Source: Candidatus Hydrothermarchaeum profundi (lineage in GTDB: Archaea; Hydrothermarchaeota; Hydrothermarchaeia; Hydrothermarchaeales; Hydrothermarchaeaceae). Taken from it: a stretch of 64,000 bases of DNA. Where the stretch lies: the NCBI GenBank assembly GCA_002011125.2, contig MTMF02000009.1, positions 192,001 through 256,000 on the forward strand, given 5' to 3'. Shown here in pieces: positions 19,628-29,766 of this stretch (within the stretch, counting starts at the first letter, position 1; each line of letters opens with the position of its first letter). The notes under the pieces were generated by a model. The model saw nothing but the letters and a program-made list of their open reading frames with translations. It made no database searches and was not told the DNA's origin. The position numbers and the translations under genes were made by a program.

Positions 19628-20434
19628 TTACTTTTTTACAACTAAAACAGATACAGGAGAATTTTTCACAATATGCGAGGAAAGACTGCCAGTAAGTTCC
19701 GCCAAGATGCCACGAATACCTGAATCCCCAAGAACTATTAAGTCAAAGTCTTTTTCTTGAGCTTCTAATACGATTTCCTCCTCTGGCACTCCCTCTCTAA
19801 AAACTGAACACGCCTCCAAGCCTTCTTTAAATGCTCTTTCTACTAACTTATCTGCGATTGTCGCTTTATCCTTATATATTGACTTCAACTCATCACTTGC
19901 TCTTTCACTTCTAATAGGATACAAAAAAGGCTCTGGAACCACATATAAAAACTCTAAGGGACTTCTTGTAGCTTTAGCAAACTTAATAGCGTTTGAAACG
20001 ACATATTCTGAATATTTCGGCAGATTAATACATGCCAAGATTTTTGATATCTTATTTCCTCTAAACACCAGCGTAGAAGTATTTATATTTTCAATTATAT
20101 GCTCAGCATCCCCTCCTAATAACTTTTCCAACGCTCCAGTTAACCCATGGGACCCTATTATCAAATAATCGAAATTTTTAGATTCTTCGAGTATCTCTTT
20201 TGCCGGATTTCCTCTTCTAACCCTTTTATCACATTTAAGCCCATATTTACTAAGAATCTGATCTACTCTCTCCTGAACTTGGCGAATATCGATCTTCCTT
20301 TTAGGATCGTCTACCGTCAGTAAAGTTATGCTAGCATCCAAACCTTTAGCTAACCTCGCGGTGCCTTCAATGGCATTATATGACTCCTCAGATCCTCCGC
20401 TAGCATAAAGAATTTTAGGTTTATTTACTGCCAT
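19628..20434 (-). CDS. Tandem universal stress protein (two USP domains)
   Basis: GNPAKEIL...DYLIIGSHG and GVPEEEIV...DLIVLGDSG...PVSVLVVK. Confidence 0.9.
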   Translation of the reverse strand: MAVNKPKILYASGGSEESYNAIEGTARLAKGLDASITLLTVDDPKRKIDIRQVQERVDQILSKYGLKCDKRVRRGNPAKEILEESKNFDYLIIGSHGLTGALEKLLGGDAEHIIENINTSTLVFRGNKISKILACINLPKYSEYVVSNAIKFAKATRSPLEFLYVVPEPFLYPIRSERASDELKSIYKDKATIADKLVERAFKEGLEACSVFREGVPEEEIVLEAQEKDFDLIVLGDSGIRGILAELTGSLSSHIVKNSPVSVLVVKK

Positions 20435-21431
20435 ATTTCTTCTCCCACATGACTCCTCTGATTAAAATATAAATTATGTTAAGACTCATTAGGGCAGCTG
20501 CAGAGATAATAATATATCCCGCCGCCAATCCCACACTTACGTATCCAAATGTTATTGATACTTGTTTTAAAACAACTGATATCGCTCCTGCAAATATTGT
20601 TAAAGCGAAATACAATCTTATCTTCATTCCTCTAACATACCTAGTTGCCACTGTGCCTATTTGAGCCCCGATAGAAGCTCCCACCAGCATTACCATAGCT
20701 GCAACGACATCCACCCGTCCTTCAATTGCATATAGTAATGTACCAATACCAGACGAAAATATTATCTCAAATAAGTCAGTACCTATTGCCACCGTAGTAG
20801 GAACGCCTAAAGTATAGATTAACGCAGGCATCCTTACAAATCCGCCGCCTACACCTAAGAAACCTGCGAGAAAACCTGTTATAAATCCAATAATAAAGAT
20901 CGCCCAAATCGATATCGATTTTATCTTTGAAGTTGGAAGTGAAATTTTTGGTGGGAGATTTATTGATTGCACCGCACTAGAAAAACTTGTCCCTATTTTT
21001 TCCGCTACACCATCATCTAATTCCCGGTTAAATCTAAAGTAATCAAACACCATATAAAAACCAACACCGCCTAGTAGGAGAATATATATACCCCTAACTA
21101 CCCCTCCCACAGCCCCGATGTCTTCAAGGTAGAGAACTAACTCTTTACCGACCTCGACCCCTAGAGCTGTGCCAATAAACATTAAAACTCCAAGCCTCAA
21201 ATCAACGTTTCCCATTTTTCTATGCTTTAAGGTAGCTATAATAGACTTCCCCATCACATGAGCTAGGTCAGTACCTATAGCATACGCCATTGGAAATCCA
21301 AAGATATTAAGAGCCGGAGTAACTATAAAAGCGCCTCCTATACCAAAGAACCCTCCCAGGACCCCTACACAAAAACCTATTATTATAAGAACAAAAGAAC
21401 TTATTTCAACTCCTGCTATTGGAAGATACAT
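20421..21431 (-). CDS. Sulfite exporter TauE/SafE (TSUP) family transporter
   Basis: Duplicated GFFGIGGAF / GFLGVGGGF and AIGTDL motifs. Start moved to MYLPIAG (21431). Confidence 0.9.
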   Translation of the reverse strand: MYLPIAGVEISSFVLIIIGFCVGVLGGFFGIGGAFIVTPALNIFGFPMAYAIGTDLAHVMGKSIIATLKHRKMGNVDLRLGVLMFIGTALGVEVGKELVLYLEDIGAVGGVVRGIYILLLGGVGFYMVFDYFRFNRELDDGVAEKIGTSFSSAVQSINLPPKISLPTSKIKSISIWAIFIIGFITGFLAGFLGVGGGFVRMPALIYTLGVPTTVAIGTDLFEIIFSSGIGTLLYAIEGRVDVVAAMVMLVGASIGAQIGTVATRYVRGMKIRLYFALTIFAGAISVVLKQVSITFGYVSVGLAAGYIIISAAALMSLNIIYILIRGVMWEKKYGSK

Positions 21432-21432
21432 T

Positions 21433-21609
21433 TTAAGAAAACTCCTCTTTCGCTTCAATTCCAAACAAACTAAATATAAAATCAGCTAGTATGCCCAGGA
21501 TTATTCCCTCAAGAATAATAAGGATGATAGATAAAATAGCGAAAGTGTGAGGGTCTGTTTGACTAATCTTACTCAAATATGACAAAGCCTCGGATAGACC
21601 TACTACCAT
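21433..21609 (-). CDS. Small membrane protein upstream of the TSUP gene (DVU0150-like), 58 aa
   Basis: Not in ORF track. MVVGLSEALSYLSKISQTDPHTFAILSIILIILEGIILGILADFIFSLFGIEAKEEFS; stop 1 nt before the TSUP ATG. Confidence 0.65.
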   Translation of the reverse strand: MVVGLSEALSYLSKISQTDPHTFAILSIILIILEGIILGILADFIFSLFGIEAKEEFS

Positions 21610-21739
21610 ACAAAAAAGGTCTCCCTAACGTAGGATTGTATAATAAATAACCGGGAGGCTGTAGATTGCCCCCCACCTGCTCACAACTACCCTGACCAAC
21701 TCCTTATGGAGCTTTTAGTGACGGCCTTGACATCAATTT

Positions 21740-22009
21740 TTACTTTGCCAAAGTAATTTCCATTGCTGAAACATTCATCGTTGTGCCGTCTTCTCTTGTC
21801 AGCTCCTCAGTGCTTATATTTATGTTCTTTATTTTCACACCTGGCATGAACCTATTTCTAACGATCTCTGCTGCATCTACAGCGCGGCTTATTGCTTGTC
21901 CTCTAGATTTGAGGACAACTTCACCTGCTCTGCTTAGCTGCGTTGTTACAGCCAGGACATAGTTCATAACGGGTTTATTGCCTACGTATACCACATTGTC
22001 TTCTGCCAT
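21740..22009 (-). CDS. albA: DNA/RNA-binding protein Alba
   Basis: [30 protein letters not shown]. Confidence 0.96.
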   Translation of the reverse strand: MAEDNVVYVGNKPVMNYVLAVTTQLSRAGEVVLKSRGQAISRAVDAAEIVRNRFMPGVKIKNINISTEELTREDGTTMNVSAMEITLAK

Positions 22010-22083
22010 GCTGACTACCTCCTTCGCTTAACTTGGAATACCTCTCGCATTACATTTCAAATGTTTATATTATAAAACATTTT

Positions 22084-22299
22084 CTATTGTGTGGATATGA
22101 GCATTATTTTACTTCCTTTTATTATCTTATTTCCAGCTCTAGATCCTTCCTCGCCAGTATAAGTCTCCAGGGTTAAATTTATATAATCATCATAATTCCT
22201 CAGAATCCCCTTTACCTCCTCACCATTTTTCAGTATCACTAACACAGGCTTATTTAAGGAAAATTTAAGTAGGTCATCAGGTTTAATTACCATCGTCAT
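22084..22299 (-). CDS. Sm-like (LSm) protein
   Basis: VLVILKNGEEVKGILRNYDDYINLTLE Sm1; IIKGSKIMLIS Sm2 (KG in place of usual RG). Confidence 0.85.
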   Translation of the reverse strand: MTMVIKPDDLLKFSLNKPVLVILKNGEEVKGILRNYDDYINLTLETYTGEEGSRAGNKIIKGSKIMLISTQ

Positions 22300-22341
22300 T
22301 ATTTATATACTTCATATATAAAAAGTATTGGAGGTTTTGGC

Positions 22342-22881
22342 ATGGCTAAAGTAGAAATTGAAAATGTAGTAGCTAGTACTTCGCTCGGACAAAAATTTGA
22401 TCTCGGATTAATCACAGTAGCCCTCGATAATGTTGAGTATGAGCCGGAGCAGTTTCCCGGGCTCGTATATCATTTAGATGAACCAAAGGCCGCCGCATTA
22501 ATTTTTGGGTCAGGCAAAATAGTATGCACTGGAGCAAAAAGTATTGAAGAAGCAAAATTGGCGATTGACAGAATCGTTGAAAGAATTAGAGAAGCGGGAA
22601 TAGAAATTAATAAAAAGCCAGAAGTAATCGTTCAAAATGTAGTGGCTACTGCAAATTTAAATACGGAACTAAACTTAGATGCCATAGCTATCGGCTTGGA
22701 TAATACAGAATATGAGCCGGAGCAGTTTCCCGGGCTCGTATATCGGATGCAAGACCCAAAAGTTGTTCTCCTATTATTCGGGTCAGGCAAAATAGTATGC
22801 ACTGGAGCAAAAAGCGTGGAGGATGCTGAAAGAGCGGCTGAAAATGTCGCTAAAAAACTTAAGGAGTTAGGATTGTTTTGA
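22342..22881 (+). CDS. tbp: TATA-box-binding protein
   Basis: Two repeats of NVVA...YEPEQFPGLVY...FGSGKIVCTGAKS. Confidence 0.98.
   Translation: MAKVEIENVVASTSLGQKFDLGLITVALDNVEYEPEQFPGLVYHLDEPKAAALIFGSGKIVCTGAKSIEEAKLAIDRIVERIREAGIEINKKPEVIVQNVVATANLNTELNLDAIAIGLDNTEYEPEQFPGLVYRMQDPKVVLLLFGSGKIVCTGAKSVEDAERAAENVAKKLKELGLF
22438..22814 (+). repeat. DNA-identical blocks between the two TBP half-repeats (period 273 nt)
   Basis: 34 nt at 22438-22471 = 22711-22744; 35 nt at 22507-22541 = 22780-22814. Confidence 0.9.
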
Positions 22882-23498
22882 ATTACGAGGAATTACTAGA
22901 AAAAGCTTACTCAGAATTACCAGATGTAGTGAAGGAGCACCATAGATTTGAGAAGCCCGAGATATATTCTATAATACAGGGGAAGGCCACGGTAGTCCAG
23001 AACCTAGGAGAAGTTTCAAAAGCAATTAATAGAGACCCAGATATGCTTGCCAAATTCCTCCTTAAGGAATTCGGTACCTCAGGTACCCATGACGGCCAGC
23101 ATTTGGTAATGAAAGGGCAATTCCGGAAGGAGCAGATACAGGAGCGCTTCGAGGCATTCTTAAATGAGTATGTCTTATGCGGAGAATGTGGAAGACCTGA
23201 CACCAAAATCGCTAGAGAAGGAAGAGTGAGTTTCCTTAAATGCGAAGCCTGCGGCGCGAGGCAGCCTTTAGGAGTATTAAAGACTACCCCCAAAAGGGAA
23301 GAGAATAAAAATCCTGAAGTCGGGGACGAAATAACGATAGAGATTACACGGACAGGGAAAAAAGGCGATGGAATGGCAAGAATGGGAGGGTATATCGTTT
23401 TTGTTTCAGGCGCAAAGATCGGTCAGAAAGTAAAGGCAAGGATCACAGGAGTTCAAGGTAGCACTCTATTTGCTAGCGTAATAGAAGTCCTTAATTAA
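22878..23498 (+). CDS. eif2b: Translation initiation factor 2 beta subunit with C-terminal TRAM domain
   Basis: YEELLEKAY, CGECGRPDT...CEACGA zinc ribbon, GKKGDGMAR..GYIVFV TRAM. Confidence 0.95.
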   Translation: MNYEELLEKAYSELPDVVKEHHRFEKPEIYSIIQGKATVVQNLGEVSKAINRDPDMLAKFLLKEFGTSGTHDGQHLVMKGQFRKEQIQERFEAFLNEYVLCGECGRPDTKIAREGRVSFLKCEACGARQPLGVLKTTPKREENKNPEVGDEITIEITRTGKKGDGMARMGGYIVFVSGAKIGQKVKARITGVQGSTLFASVIEVLN

Positions 23499-23628
23499 AA
23501 TATTCTAAGTGTTGTTAAGGAGAGGAGAGTGCTATGGGGGAAAATAGCACCCGGACCCCATAGCTATAGAAGGGCATAAAAACTATTAGTATGTGATTTT
23601 TTATTTTTTACTTAAAAAAAAATTTAAT

Positions 23629-25632
23629 TTATTCTACCTTGCTTCCACTCTCGATCTCGCTGTCCGTGGTTATCAAGGAAATCTTTTTAGGTGTAACTGC
23701 CGCAAGGAGCATCGCCTCGCTTTTTATACCCTTAATGATGCGGGGTTTCATATTGTTGACTATCACTATAGATTTTCCGTTAAGCTCTTCTGGAGTGTAG
23801 TGCTTACCGATGCCCGCTATAAGTTGTTTTTCTCTACCCCCTACGTCTACTTTAATCTTTACTAAATCAGAATTTTTAATCCTCTCAGCCTTAATTATTT
23901 TAGCGGTTCTTAAATCAAGCCTAGAAAAATACTGATAGTCAACTTCCTCAAAGAGTTTGTCAAGTTCTGACACCTGTGATGTTACTTTTTTAAGGTCCTC
24001 AATATCTCTATCCCCCAGTTTTGGGAATAAAGGTTTTGGCTCATTAATCTTATGCCCAGCATTTATCCTCCGCCCTATGGATCTCATATCTCCTAATTCA
24101 ACATTCAATTGTCGACATATCTCGTGTGAACTCTTCGGAAGATAAGGACTTAAGAGCACCGCTAAATCATAGCAGAGGTTTGCACAAACATGTAATGTAG
24201 TTGCTGCTTTTTTTCTATTTTCTTTTACGGCTTTCCAGGGTTCATTAGCCTGAAAATATTTATTTCCCCTATCCGATAATTCCAATACCTTCCTCAAACC
24301 GTCACGCAAATGTATATCCCATATTAGGTCGCTTATAACTTCAGCATATTCCTTGCCTAAATCTATCACTTTCTCATCTTTATCTTCTAATTCCCCTTCG
24401 GGAACTTTACTCTCAAAATTCCTCTGGATAAAACTAAATGTGCGATAAATGAAATTTCCTAGATTTCCTACTAGCTCTTTATTAACCCTCTCTTGGAATT
24501 CTTTCCATTTCCATTCTGTATCATTAGTTTCAGGTATAAGAAGAGTTAGATAGAAGCGCCAGATATCTGAACTAAGACCCGCCTTAGGCAGATTTTCGCA
24601 GAAAACTCCCCAGCCTTTAGACTTAGAAATCTTGTCTCCTTCATAATTCAAATATTGTAATCCCGCAACCCTATAAGGTAGAGTGTATTCCCCACATGCT
24701 AAAAGCATTCCAGGCCAGAATATCGTATGGAATGGGATATTATCTTTTCCAATAAAATGGAAAATAAAAGAATCATCCTCCTGCCAAAATCTCCTCCATT
24801 CCTCTGGCTTTCCAATTTTCTTAGCCCATTCTTTAGTTGATGAGATATATCCTATCGGGGCATCAAACCACACATAAAATACCTTATCTTCATATCCTTT
24901 TAGAGGTATTTTTACCCCCCATTTTATATCCCTAGTAATACATCTGGGTTTCAATCCTTCTCCCATCCACCCCATTGCCATATTAACTACTTGACTTGAC
25001 CATAATTTCTCTTTACTTTTTATCCACTCCCTGAGTTGCGGTTCGAGTTTATCAAGGTTGAGAAAGAGATGCTTAACTTTCCTAAAAACAGGCCGAGTGC
25101 CACATATCGCACATCTCGGTTCATTTAACTCATCTGGATTTAATAATGTAGAACATCTCTCACATTGGTCTCCTCTGGCATTTTCATATCCACATTTAGG
25201 GCAAACTCCCTCAACATACCTATCTGGTAAAATTCTTTTATCTTTTTCACAATAGGGAAGCTTTAATACTCCCTCACTAATGTACCCATTTTCATAAATC
25301 TTTTTGAAAAATTCTTGAGTCGTTTTATGATGCTCAGGAAGAGAGGTCCTCGAAAAGTTGTCATAGGAGATATCAAGCCAATCGTAAATCCCCTTATGGA
25401 TCTCATAATACTTGTCGCATAATTCTTTTGGCGTCACTCCTGCCTTTTCCGCGGACACCTCGATAGGAGTTCCATGCTCGTCGCTCCCACCTATAAATAC
25501 GGTCTCGTACCCAGCTAACCTACAAAACCTAGCAAAAATGTCGCTCGGCAGATGTGATCCTGCTATGTTCCCAATATGCGGAACATTATTTACATAGGGT
25601 AATGCACAGGTTACTAGTATTTTCTTTTTCAT
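23629..25632 (-). CDS. metG: Methionyl-tRNA synthetase with C-terminal tRNA-binding domain
   Basis: ALPYVNNVPHIGN, zinc knuckles, YVWFDAPIGY, KISKS, C-terminal OB fold. Confidence 0.97.
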   Translation of the reverse strand: MKKKILVTCALPYVNNVPHIGNIAGSHLPSDIFARFCRLAGYETVFIGGSDEHGTPIEVSAEKAGVTPKELCDKYYEIHKGIYDWLDISYDNFSRTSLPEHHKTTQEFFKKIYENGYISEGVLKLPYCEKDKRILPDRYVEGVCPKCGYENARGDQCERCSTLLNPDELNEPRCAICGTRPVFRKVKHLFLNLDKLEPQLREWIKSKEKLWSSQVVNMAMGWMGEGLKPRCITRDIKWGVKIPLKGYEDKVFYVWFDAPIGYISSTKEWAKKIGKPEEWRRFWQEDDSFIFHFIGKDNIPFHTIFWPGMLLACGEYTLPYRVAGLQYLNYEGDKISKSKGWGVFCENLPKAGLSSDIWRFYLTLLIPETNDTEWKWKEFQERVNKELVGNLGNFIYRTFSFIQRNFESKVPEGELEDKDEKVIDLGKEYAEVISDLIWDIHLRDGLRKVLELSDRGNKYFQANEPWKAVKENRKKAATTLHVCANLCYDLAVLLSPYLPKSSHEICRQLNVELGDMRSIGRRINAGHKINEPKPLFPKLGDRDIEDLKKVTSQVSELDKLFEEVDYQYFSRLDLRTAKIIKAERIKNSDLVKIKVDVGGREKQLIAGIGKHYTPEELNGKSIVIVNNMKPRIIKGIKSEAMLLAAVTPKKISLITTDSEIESGSKVE

Positions 25633-25693
25633 ACGCCCGCCATATTAGGTTAAGAAAATATATAAATTCGATGCTCCTTGTTTGCTTAATTAG

Positions 25694-28066
25694 CTACGTA
25701 GTTAGCTTCCTGTAGACTTCAGGAAGCTTCCGAGGCAAGTCTCTAACGTCATCTAATATTATATAACTCACATCTCCATACATATGAGAAATATAATCCC
25801 TTGCTTCTTTGTCTATTGTAATGCAGAAGGGCTTAATGTGCTTCTTTTTAGCCTCTATTAAGGCTTTTCGCGTGTCCTCAATGCCATGTTCACCCTTATA
25901 CTCGTCAAAGTCCTCTGGCTTACCATCACTTAATATAATCATAAGCTTTACCTTGGCAGGTATCTCCTCGAATATCGAGGTCAAATGCCTTATTGGTGGC
26001 CCCATTCTGGTGTAATCGAAGGCGTCCATTCCCGCTATTCTAGCTTTAACCTCGGCATTGTATTCTTGGTCGAATTCTTTTATCTTATAGAAATCGCATT
26101 GCTTTCTTGTTTTCCCAGAAAAACCATAGATAGCATACTTATCACCTAGTATTTCTAAGGCTTCACACATTAATACGATTGCTTCTTTCTCAGTCTCAAT
26201 AACCCAGCCCGTAGTAGAGCCACTTAGGTCCACCAAGAAGGCAACTGCGATGTCTCTTTCCCTTTTATCTGTTTTTATATAAACCTTCTCTGACGGAGTT
26301 ACCCCCGCAGCCATATCAGCTTTAGCTTCAATAAAAGCGTCAATATCTATCTCTTCCCCATAGATCTGCTTTCTCAGTTTTTTGTATTCCGGTCTCAGCA
26401 TCTCAAACTGCCTTCTTATTTGCGTAACTAATCCTAAATGCTTATCAATAGTCTTTTGAACGAATTTTTCATCTCCCTTCTTGATGTCTTTTTCTCTTAA
26501 GGCACACCACTTTGCTCTATAATGACCCATCTCGTGGTCCCATTCGTCATAAAGAAAAGCATTTTCTATATCCTCCTCTTCAAGCTCGACTTGGAATTTC
26601 GTTTCTTGAGCCTCTATCTCTGCCCTTACCATTCTCCCAGCACTATCCAGCACTTTAGTTAATAGACTTGCATCTATTTCCCCAAGCTCCCCTAAGCGCC
26701 TTTCTATCTCTTTTTTTATCTTCTCCCATACTTCGTCTGGTATCCTAATATTTAATTTTGCAAGAAATTCGAGGGGCGCCTCATGCATCAAAGGATCTAG
26801 AACCTCATTTTTGACTTCTACTATTTTTTTATCGAGATCCTCAGGCGGCTCTAAGTCTAATTGTTTAATCAAGTTCCTCATTTTATCCGCAAGTTCTTTC
26901 TCCGTGAGTTTAAGAGCAACCGTTATCCTTGCTGGTTTTATATCGCCTCTGAATAACACTAACGGTGCCTTGTTATAGCCGTAATCTAAAAACTCTTCAA
27001 AAAGTTCGTATATTTTTACAGTTAACGCCGCAGAGTCCTCAGCAGTAGCCCTGCCTTTCAACATATTATGAAGCAGCTTTACAGCCTTATCTACTGGGGC
27101 TTCAACTTCTTTGGGTATCTCTCCTTTCACCTCCCCCCAATAAGTTTTCTGCAAAAAAGCCTCCACAGCCGCTTCGCCAAGAGGAAGCTCGGAGGGTAAT
27201 GGCCTTTCATCCCACACTATCCTAGAGAGAAACTCAATGTCCCTTTTAATGCCTTTAAATTCTTGTGTAAGGTTTTTTTCTACTCTAGAGTTCTCTACGA
27301 TACTGAAGATATCAATAGCCAACTGCTTGTTAGGAAATAGCTCAAAGAAGGTTTCTAATGTCGACCTATCTCTTATGATATTTCTATAATATTTTTTCTC
27401 AAGATAACCTAAAACTTTAGACAACTTATGGGGATTTAGGTCAAAACTCCGATACCTTATCTGAGCATATTTATGGGCTACTATAACCTTATACACCCTA
27501 AAATTGTCTTCATCCGACTGAAAAAAGGAAACATTATTAGGGAGATAAATGTTCCTTGTATCCGTATAGATTTCTTCACTACCTTGTATTTTCAGCTTCC
27601 CGCCACTTAAAGCCTCAACATAGATCTCCAGTATCCGTGCTACTTCTTCTAAATCTAATCCTACTGCACGTATTTCCTCAATAGTTTCTCTAGTTATACC
27701 TTTGAAAAAATTCCTACCTGGTACCTCTCCATACCTCTCATAGAATTGAATGCCCTTTTCTACCCACTTCTTCATATCATCCATATTGAAATGCTTGAGG
27801 GCATCAGCACATGTTCTGAAAAAGTGATACGCCATCTCTGAGTCGCGCTTTGCAAGCTCTTTGCCCAGCTTATATATCTCCTCCCTGATTTCTGGATCCA
27901 AAGTTACTACACTGTCAACTGCTGCATCTATACTCATCAAGCCCCTCGCAAAATGCACTCCTGTAAATCTCTGTTCGATAAAGTCCTCTCCAAAGGTCGA
28001 TCTCCCTAAAATCTTAAAAAGTTCAGCCTTAACTTTTTCTACATATTCAGTGCTATTACCTGCCAT
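25694..28066 (-). CDS. CbbO/NorD-like VWA-domain adaptor protein
   Basis: YDEWD, DLSGST MIDAS, YTRMGPPIRH, LSDGKPED; downstream of cbbQ-like gene. Confidence 0.88.
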   Translation of the reverse strand: MAGNSTEYVEKVKAELFKILGRSTFGEDFIEQRFTGVHFARGLMSIDAAVDSVVTLDPEIREEIYKLGKELAKRDSEMAYHFFRTCADALKHFNMDDMKKWVEKGIQFYERYGEVPGRNFFKGITRETIEEIRAVGLDLEEVARILEIYVEALSGGKLKIQGSEEIYTDTRNIYLPNNVSFFQSDEDNFRVYKVIVAHKYAQIRYRSFDLNPHKLSKVLGYLEKKYYRNIIRDRSTLETFFELFPNKQLAIDIFSIVENSRVEKNLTQEFKGIKRDIEFLSRIVWDERPLPSELPLGEAAVEAFLQKTYWGEVKGEIPKEVEAPVDKAVKLLHNMLKGRATAEDSAALTVKIYELFEEFLDYGYNKAPLVLFRGDIKPARITVALKLTEKELADKMRNLIKQLDLEPPEDLDKKIVEVKNEVLDPLMHEAPLEFLAKLNIRIPDEVWEKIKKEIERRLGELGEIDASLLTKVLDSAGRMVRAEIEAQETKFQVELEEEDIENAFLYDEWDHEMGHYRAKWCALREKDIKKGDEKFVQKTIDKHLGLVTQIRRQFEMLRPEYKKLRKQIYGEEIDIDAFIEAKADMAAGVTPSEKVYIKTDKRERDIAVAFLVDLSGSTTGWVIETEKEAIVLMCEALEILGDKYAIYGFSGKTRKQCDFYKIKEFDQEYNAEVKARIAGMDAFDYTRMGPPIRHLTSIFEEIPAKVKLMIILSDGKPEDFDEYKGEHGIEDTRKALIEAKKKHIKPFCITIDKEARDYISHMYGDVSYIILDDVRDLPRKLPEVYRKLTT

Positions 28067-28075
28067 TGCCTATCC

Positions 28076-28894
28076 TTAAAAAACGGTTGAAATTAACTCC
28101 CTTATCGCCTTTTGCATTTCTGTGTCATCTGTTACAGGGTTAACCATAGCTACTTCACAGGCGGTATGTGGATCTATACCCTGACCAATAAGCTGACCGG
28201 CATAAATTAATAGCCTAGTACTTACTCCTTCTTCAAGTCCCTTATCTTTAAGATTTCTAATCTTCTCACCCAATATAACAAGGTCCTTAGCGATATCTGG
28301 CTTTATATTGCTTTCATGAGTAATAATCTCAACCTCCAAGTCTTTTGGGGGAAAATCAAAGTTTATGCCGATGAACCTCTGCCTTGTACTGTGTTTTAAA
28401 TCCTTTAATACACTTTGATATCCTGGATTATAGGAGATTATGAGCATGAATTCATCAGAGGCTTTAATTAGTTCTCCTCTTTTCTCAATTGGAAGTATCC
28501 TTCTATCATCCGTAAGAGGATGGATAACTACTGTAGTGTCTTTTCTCGCTTCAACAATTTCATCCAAATAGCAGATTGCACCGGATTTCACTGCCTTTGT
28601 AAGAGGTCCATCGACCCATACTGTTTCCCCGCCTTTAACTAGATATCGTCCAACCAGGTCACTTGACGTGAGGTCATCATGACATGCAACAGTTATTAAT
28701 GGTCTTTTGAGTTTCCACGCCATATATTGAACAAACCTAGTTTTACCGCAGCCGGTGGGGCCTTTTAGCATAACAGGCAGACAATTTTTGTAAGCTGCCT
28801 CAAAGATCTCTACTTCTCTTCCTATAGGAAGATAATAAGGCTTCTTGGTGATTGTGTACTCTTCAATCCTTAGTACTCTTTTTTCTTTTGGCAT
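28076..28894 (-). CDS. cbbQ: CbbQ/NirQ/NorQ-family MoxR AAA+ ATPase
   Basis: [52 protein letters not shown]. Confidence 0.92.
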   Translation of the reverse strand: MPKEKRVLRIEEYTITKKPYYLPIGREVEIFEAAYKNCLPVMLKGPTGCGKTRFVQYMAWKLKRPLITVACHDDLTSSDLVGRYLVKGGETVWVDGPLTKAVKSGAICYLDEIVEARKDTTVVIHPLTDDRRILPIEKRGELIKASDEFMLIISYNPGYQSVLKDLKHSTRQRFIGINFDFPPKDLEVEIITHESNIKPDIAKDLVILGEKIRNLKDKGLEEGVSTRLLIYAGQLIGQGIDPHTACEVAMVNPVTDDTEMQKAIRELISTVF

Positions 28895-29073
28895 TGTCTC
28901 ACCTTTTCGTACACTAATTTAAATAATTTAGCCATCATGGTCCCTTTGTGAATCTTATTACACAACCAGTTTTAGATTGTGCATTTATTTGAGCATATCT
29001 ATTAAAAGTAAAAATATTTAAGTTGGAGATAACACATTTGCTCTTGGGTTTTAGCTTCTGGAGGTGAAAACCC

Positions 29074-29766
29074 TTGCATGAAGAAACTCTTATTGATAAA
29101 GACCTTAAATCAATTGCTGACAATATTTCAGTCTTCATCGGTAAGGATGAAGAGACAATTAGAATATTAAAGCAAATGGGCCTTACACTTGAAGATATAT
29201 CTGATGAGTTGAGGGAGGAGGTAAAAAAAATATCAGAAATTTTAGAGGATACGGAGAGTGACCCTATCCAGAGAATCGATATGGTTTGGGGGACTATAGA
29301 AAGGCTAAGCAATAGCCCTGAGGTTCCAGCGAATATAAGAAAGCTAATTTTTGGCTCTGCCCTTAGTAGGCTAGACACAGCGAGATCTAACATTATGTGG
29401 CAGAAGGGAGAAGAAAGTACAATGATGGATATAGGGAAAATCTCCTATTCCCTAGACCTCTTTATTAAAGATGATAGAGAAACGAAGATGAAATTGAGAA
29501 AGATAGGAATAAAAGAAGTCCCAGAATCAGTGCGACAAGCTGCGTTGGAGGCAAGGGCTATAATGGAAGATAAAAGGCTAGATGCTAAAGAGCGGGCCAT
29601 ACGAGCTGCGGATATACTTACCTCACTAATGACTCCTGCGGCATTAAGTAAGAGACTTAGGGACATACGAGAAGTCCACAGGGAACAGTTACAATTAGAG
29701 ATTAAATGTGTGCTTTGGGAGATTGCTAACGATTTCACTTATAGGGCGGCTAAAGAAGATACTTAA
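29074..29766 (+). CDS. Hypothetical all-helical protein
   Basis: 230 aa ORF with perfect GGAGGTGA RBS before TTG; no recognised motif. Confidence 0.65.
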   Translation: MHEETLIDKDLKSIADNISVFIGKDEETIRILKQMGLTLEDISDELREEVKKISEILEDTESDPIQRIDMVWGTIERLSNSPEVPANIRKLIFGSALSRLDTARSNIMWQKGEESTMMDIGKISYSLDLFIKDDRETKMKLRKIGIKEVPESVRQAALEARAIMEDKRLDAKERAIRAADILTSLMTPAALSKRLRDIREVHREQLQLEIKCVLWEIANDFTYRAAKEDT

